Below are positions 59,116 through 64,000 of a stretch of DNA of 64,000 nucleotides, in pieces. The notes beneath the pieces were generated by a model that did no database searches, was not told the origin of the DNA, and was given only the letters and a program-made list of their open reading frames with translations. The position numbers were made by a program, and so were the translations under genes. The first letter of the stretch is position 1, and the number at the start of each line of letters is the position of its first letter. The DNA lies in NCBI GenBank assembly GCA_013239625.1, contig MU053934.1:1729031-1793030 (forward strand), in the 5' to 3' direction. Source of the stretch: Lama guanicoe. Taxonomy: Eukaryota.

Positions 59116-62100
59116 GAACTCAGCCTCAGGAACCAGATATTCAGGACCAGGCTCCACTGGTGCCTCCTGACTCACCTAATGTTTACCACATGCTATTTGT
59201 AACATCCGTGAGAGAATAGGGCGGCATAACTCCTGTCTCCGGCTCACACTGACTGAGCTGTCATGATGAAGTGGGTGTCGGGCAGGGGACTAGGTACGCA
59301 AAGATGAACAAAACTGAGGGGACCCCTACCCTTCCTGCCCAATAAGGGAGAAACAAAAAGCCAAAAAAAAAATAAACAAAACAGGTTAAAAAAATCATAA
59401 TTATACATTGTGGTAAATGTGTCCATTTCCGGAAGCATGGCAGACCAAATATTGGGAAATACATTCCACTCCTCATACCATAATAATTCTGGGGGAAAAA
59501 AAAATTTTGAAAACTGGAAAAATGTGTAACTGTTCAAGCCAGAAAACCAGGAAAATTCTTCTCAGAATGCAGAACAGCTACCAGGTGGATAATAGGAAAG
59601 GGTCGTGGAGGACAGTGTGAGGCCATCTGAAAAACACCTCACACGGATTCCAGGAGGATGTGCAGGAAAGGTGACTTTTGAAGAGCTATAGACCCAATCT
59701 TATTGGTTGTGTTTCTCTGGAGAACACTAACACACCCCCATTTCTGTGACTGGTCCCCGTGACTGACCTCCCAGCTCCCTAGACTCCTCAGAGCTCGGTC
59801 GGCCCCATCTCCATCCTCCCAGGGCCCTAAGCCAGCCATAATCTCCCCGAAGACGGGGCCAGGCTTTTGTGCTTCACCAGGGCAACCCCGAGCAAGCCCA
59901 GGGCCTGGAACGTGGCAGCCCTCAGTAAATATTTGTCTGACGAATGCACGGATGCATTTTCAAGTGAGTTAATTTGAAGAACTTCTCCTATGGCAGTGCC
60001 TGCACCTGAAACTCTCTTCCCCTTTCTCTGTTTATCAAAATGCCTGCTGTCCTCAAGGCCTCCAGCACAGACTTTCCTCCTCACTCGCTCTGCAGGGACC
60101 TCTTTTGCCTTATTCACGGCTGGGACACTCGTCCCAACCTAGGGCCTCGGCCCATAATATTTTCTCAATAAATATTTGTTAGATCCATGCAGAATAAATG
60201 CCTATGAAGGGTCACATATTTAAAATATTAGCCTTTATTTTCCCCTAGGATGTCCTTCCTTCCTGAGCTCTTTCTTTTTCAGACAGCCAGGCATTTCTGT
60301 GCCCAGCCCTCAGGAGAGGAGGCGACAACTGCCTGGGTTTGCCGACTCAAAAGCTCAGGCCCTGGGAGGACCAGAAAGAACACACAGAAAGGGCACAAGA
60401 TTTAGAGGGAATCATCAGGCATCCCTGCTTCTCAGGCTGGAAAACCATTTTCTGAACCATCGGAAGGAAAGGAGTTGAAAAGGAAACGGTAAGAAGACAG
60501 CAGTTGTTGGCGGTTTCCAGAGAAAGTGGTTCTGTCTCGGCTGGAGGCCACTGCTAGCTCACAGAGCACCTTTGTGTGAATGAGGAAAAGGCATCCCTTT
60601 CTGGGTAGACAGATTGGCAACTGGAGCAGAGCCTGGCTCCAGCCTTATTAGCCTCTTCTCTCCCCCCACCAGGCACCCATGTGCAGTGTACACCCCACAC
60701 AACCGTACAGGTCAGCCAAGCACAGGCCCTGCTAATCCTGCAGGAGGTGGTGAAAGCACAGACAGGCCCATGGGGTCTGCATACAGAGAAAACCTGTGTC
60801 TCATGTCCCAGGTGGAGCCTGCATGGAGCAGGGGGTAGGGGTTGGTCCTTGGGAAAATGTGGGGCCAGGCAGAAGGAGCCTTGGGCAGCCTCAGAGTTTC
60901 CCTAAGTACCTGATGGGGACAACAACTGAAGACCAAGTGGGTGGCAACGTCCCTGAGGACACTACTGGGGACAGCAATGACCAGATTGCCACCTCTCTGC
61001 CCATACACCTCACAACCTGGCACATCTGAGCTTCTTGGAATGAATTAGTCAATTAGTCAGGGACATTTGGATCGGGGAAGAACTCTGACGAAGACTAGGT
61101 ATCTGCCACCCAGCCACAAGGACGGTTCTAAACAAAAACTCAGTTGAATTATAGAAGAAAAGCAGTTGCCTTTTGTGCACATCAAAGATATAAACCGAGT
61201 TTTTCTTTTCCTTACCTGCTGAGCTCAACAAATATTTTTGAATGAAGATCAAACGTGTAGCAAATGCACAGCTCTTCTCTGCTACCCTGATTTTATCCTG
61301 CCCTGACTTAATTTTCAGAGCACATTGTCCCTCTGACTAGATTGTCAATTGCTTGAGGGCAGGGACCTGATTATTCCATTTTAAATCCTGTGCACATATC
61401 CTGTACACAAGTGCCCTTTGCCTGGGTGTTCAGTTGAGTTACTATATAAATGCATGGAATTTTTCTCCAGGCTCCAAGATCAAAAAACTCCACTCCCCTT
61501 GTCCCCCCCCCCCCCGCTCCTCTCCCAACTTCTTAGATGGCAGAAGAATTCCCAAAGCCTGGAGCAGAAGGGGAGGAGGTAGACTTTAATGCTGTTCTCT
61601 GATGCTGCCGCTCAGCCCAATAAATGAGCCTGTTAGGATTTGAGACGTGTCTATTTCTGAAGATGGACTCGGTCCTGTTCAGTGGCCGTGAACCTTGGCG
61701 TAGTCTGAGGTTTGGAGCAAGGAGATCAGCTCATTACAGGATTCTGGCCATTCGAGGGCAGAGGGCACTAGGTTGCCGGTCCTGGGAGCCCCTGGAAATG
61801 GATGGGGCCAAGGACTTGGGGCTTCTCACAGGTGGTGTCTTGGGTGCTCTTCAAGCCCCTGTCAGCTTGGGCACCCGCCCTGACCCAGACTGCCAGACCC
61901 CTTCCTGCAGCCTCTGCTCCAGCCTGCTGCCTGGCTACCGCGGTCACATGCCAATGTTTTATTCTGGGTCCCTGCAGTAAGACCTAACACATTCCACCCA
62001 TGTGCCTGGCCTTTGTAGGTAGGGATTGTGTCTCTTGGCCTGTGTTTGTAAGTTATTCCCCGCACGTCTGTCCCATCTCTCTGGCCAGAAAGTCAGCGCC

Positions 62101-62529
62101 TGCCACTGGCTGGCCGCCTAGCTGTCTCCCTCGCTGGAGTCCCCACTGGCTTCCAGGTTGTCACTGTTTAAACACAGCTCTGCCACTGACTAGCCAGTGT
62201 CCTTGAGTGTATTGCCTAAGTTGTGGTGACCACACTGAGCATCGTCCCCTGACTCTACATCCTCTCTGGGCTCCCACAGCCCCAGGCTCCGGGCACTGAC
62301 CGCCGGCCCACGTCCCCCACTGGGCGAGGCTCTCCTCTTCATCTCCCCGCACCCAGCACTGCCCCTGCCACTGAGTGGTGGCTCTTGCTCCTGCCCTGCC
62401 TTCCTCCTGCTCCCTCTCCTCCCTCCCCTCCTCCTCCCCACAAGGCTCTCTGGACACACAGACCCATCAGTGCCATTTCTCCCTCGGAGCCCCCTTCCCT
62501 TGCTCTAGGAAATGAAAAACACCAGGCAG

Positions 62530-63092
62530 AGATTGTGAGGTGCTCAGTCTTTTATTAAAACCAGGTGGATCACTCCATCCCTTGAGAAGGCACACTTATG
62601 TTCCCTGGGGCTGGGTGTGGCTGTTCCGCCCCAGCCCCACCCAGACCTCCTTCTCAGTGCACAGGGAACTTCTGCTGTCTTTAAGGGCGAGGTGATGGAG
62701 CCCAAAACAACTACGGCCCGAGTTTGGATTTACAGCTTGGGTTGGGGGTTCAAGGTGAGGGTGAGGCTGTGGGTCGGTTTGGAGGTTGGAAGGAATTGGG
62801 TTGGGGTTTAGGTGAGAGGAGAGTTAAGTCTGACCCAACTCTGCCGGCCGCAGTGAGCAGAGCCCTGCTTCTCCTGGCTCCCAAGGGGATGACTCTTCAC
62901 AGGAAGCCGGGTCCCCAGGCATGTGAAATCACCTGAACACCGCCCCCCACCCAGGCCCCTCTTCCTCTCCCCCCTCCACCTCTCATACACAAAGCACACA
63001 CTCAGAAGCAAACGCTATGGCTACAGGAGATCCAGTCCCCACCCTCCCCAGAGCCCTGGCCTGGGTGGGTGGGGTGAGGGGCGCTTGGGGGC
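62530..63092 (-). other. MB: MB 3'UTR
   Basis: Between the stop codon TAA (63093-63095) and the AATAAA signal; cleavage site approximate. Confidence 0.8.
62551..62556 (-). terminator. MB: Polyadenylation signal AATAAA (MB)
   Basis: TTTATT on the + strand, about 540 nt past the MB stop codon; U/GU-rich sequence follows on the minus strand (CTGGTGTTTTTCATTT). Confidence 0.85.
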
Positions 63093-63239
63093 TTAGCCCT
63101 GGAATCCCAGCTCCTTGTACTTGGCGGCCATGTCATTCCGGAAGAGTTCCAGGGCCTTGTTCATGGCTGCCTGGGCATCAGCTCCGAAGTCCCCGGGATG
63201 CTTGCTCTGCAGAACGTGGATGATGGCGTCCGAGATGAA
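63093..63239 (-). CDS. MB: Myoglobin exon 3 (last 48 codons; exons 1-2 lie beyond the window)
   Basis: [48 protein letters not shown] (helices G-H); acceptor CTGTCCCTGCAG|TTC, branch-like CACTGAC about 30 nt upstream; 147 nt, phase 0. Confidence 0.98.
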   Translation of the reverse strand, partial: FISDAIIHVLQSKHPGDFGADAQAAMNKALELFRNDMAAKYKELGFQG

Positions 63240-63945
63240 CTGCAGGGACAGGGACAGGAGGATGCTGGTCAGTGGGGCAGACAAACCAGGGGCCAGGTGG
63301 GAATCAGATCAAACCCCAGCTCCTCTACATCCCACAGCTGTTTCCTGAGCACTTACTAACTGCCAGGTGCACTTCTGCGCGGTCTCCATGGATTAACTCC
63401 TGTAACCCCCACAACCCTGTGAGACAGATGGGGAAAGCGAGGCCCGTCTTGGGACAGACGAGGAAAGGCTAGGCCGTGTGCCCACGGCCATGTGGCCAGA
63501 TGGGCTGGCTCATCTGCAACCCTCCTCAGCTGTGCTCTGGATGAGGACTCGACGGCAGCCAGGCATGGCCCCGCCACCATGGGGGCAGCCGCAAGGGAGC
63601 GAAATGCTCCTATCCCATGGTTTTATCCAGGATTTTACAATCAGAGAATCTAGAAAGAAACTATTTCCATTTGCATGCATTTAATTTTTGCATGTAATGG
63701 CTGAATATGGCGATTGCTTTAAACAGCCTGTTTGGGGGTGAGTAGGGGGCAGAACATTGTATTTTCTGTGCCAAGCAGAGAGCCGGTGCTCAGAAGTATT
63801 GGTGGGAGGGAAGGAGAGAGAGGAAGAGGAAAGGGAGCAGGCTGGCGGCTCGGCCCCGGGACCAACACCGTCACCATTTGCTCTGCCATCCACAAGGTCC
63901 TTACCAGGAAATGGAGACAGGCATCTCTACAGCATTGGGCTGTGA

Positions 63946-63989
<44 letters not shown>
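63946..63989. repeat. (GT)n microsatellite in MB intron 2
   Basis: About 22 GT units with one interruption. Confidence 0.95.
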
Positions 63990-63993
<4 letters not shown>

Positions 63994-64000
63994 AACCACT

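Noticed and set aside
1..64000. CRISPR arrays, rRNA, operons or a novel multi-gene system
   Set aside because: No repeat-spacer array, rRNA or additional credible coding gene was seen; the window matches the known mammalian RASD2-MB neighbourhood. I also looked by eye for a clean DR4 thyroid response element near RASD2 and found none convincing

Overview
Mammalian (eutherian) genomic DNA, probably camelid: it carries short tRNA-Ala-derived SINEs of the Vic-1 type, and I saw no ruminant Bov-A/Bov-tA or pig PRE1 elements. Two genes are recognisable, arranged tail to tail. (1) A complete RASD2/Rhes gene lies on the + strand, with a CpG-island promoter and non-coding first exon at about 4.3-5.84 kb, coding exons 10794-11064 and 14508-15037 (266 aa, CAAX box CTVQ), and a 3'UTR of about 1.95 kb. 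(2) The last exon and 3'UTR of myoglobin (MB) lie on the - strand (coding part 63093-63239). The 45 kb between them is mostly MIR/L2, MER, MLT, L1 and one ERV solo LTR. No prokaryote-type system is present (no CRISPR, operon, etc.), and almost all ORFs in the track are GC-rich noise. The most interesting signals are: (a) a possible translational-control module in RASD2 exon 1, namely an AUG uORF followed by an optimal-context CUG in frame with Rhes; (b) a near-consensus CTCF site between RASD2 and MB; (c) an ~80 bp piece of the RASD2 3'UTR copied into a neighbouring MER20; (d) an exact triplication inside an L1. Repeat family names come from remembered consensus sequences and need RepeatMasker/Dfam confirmation.
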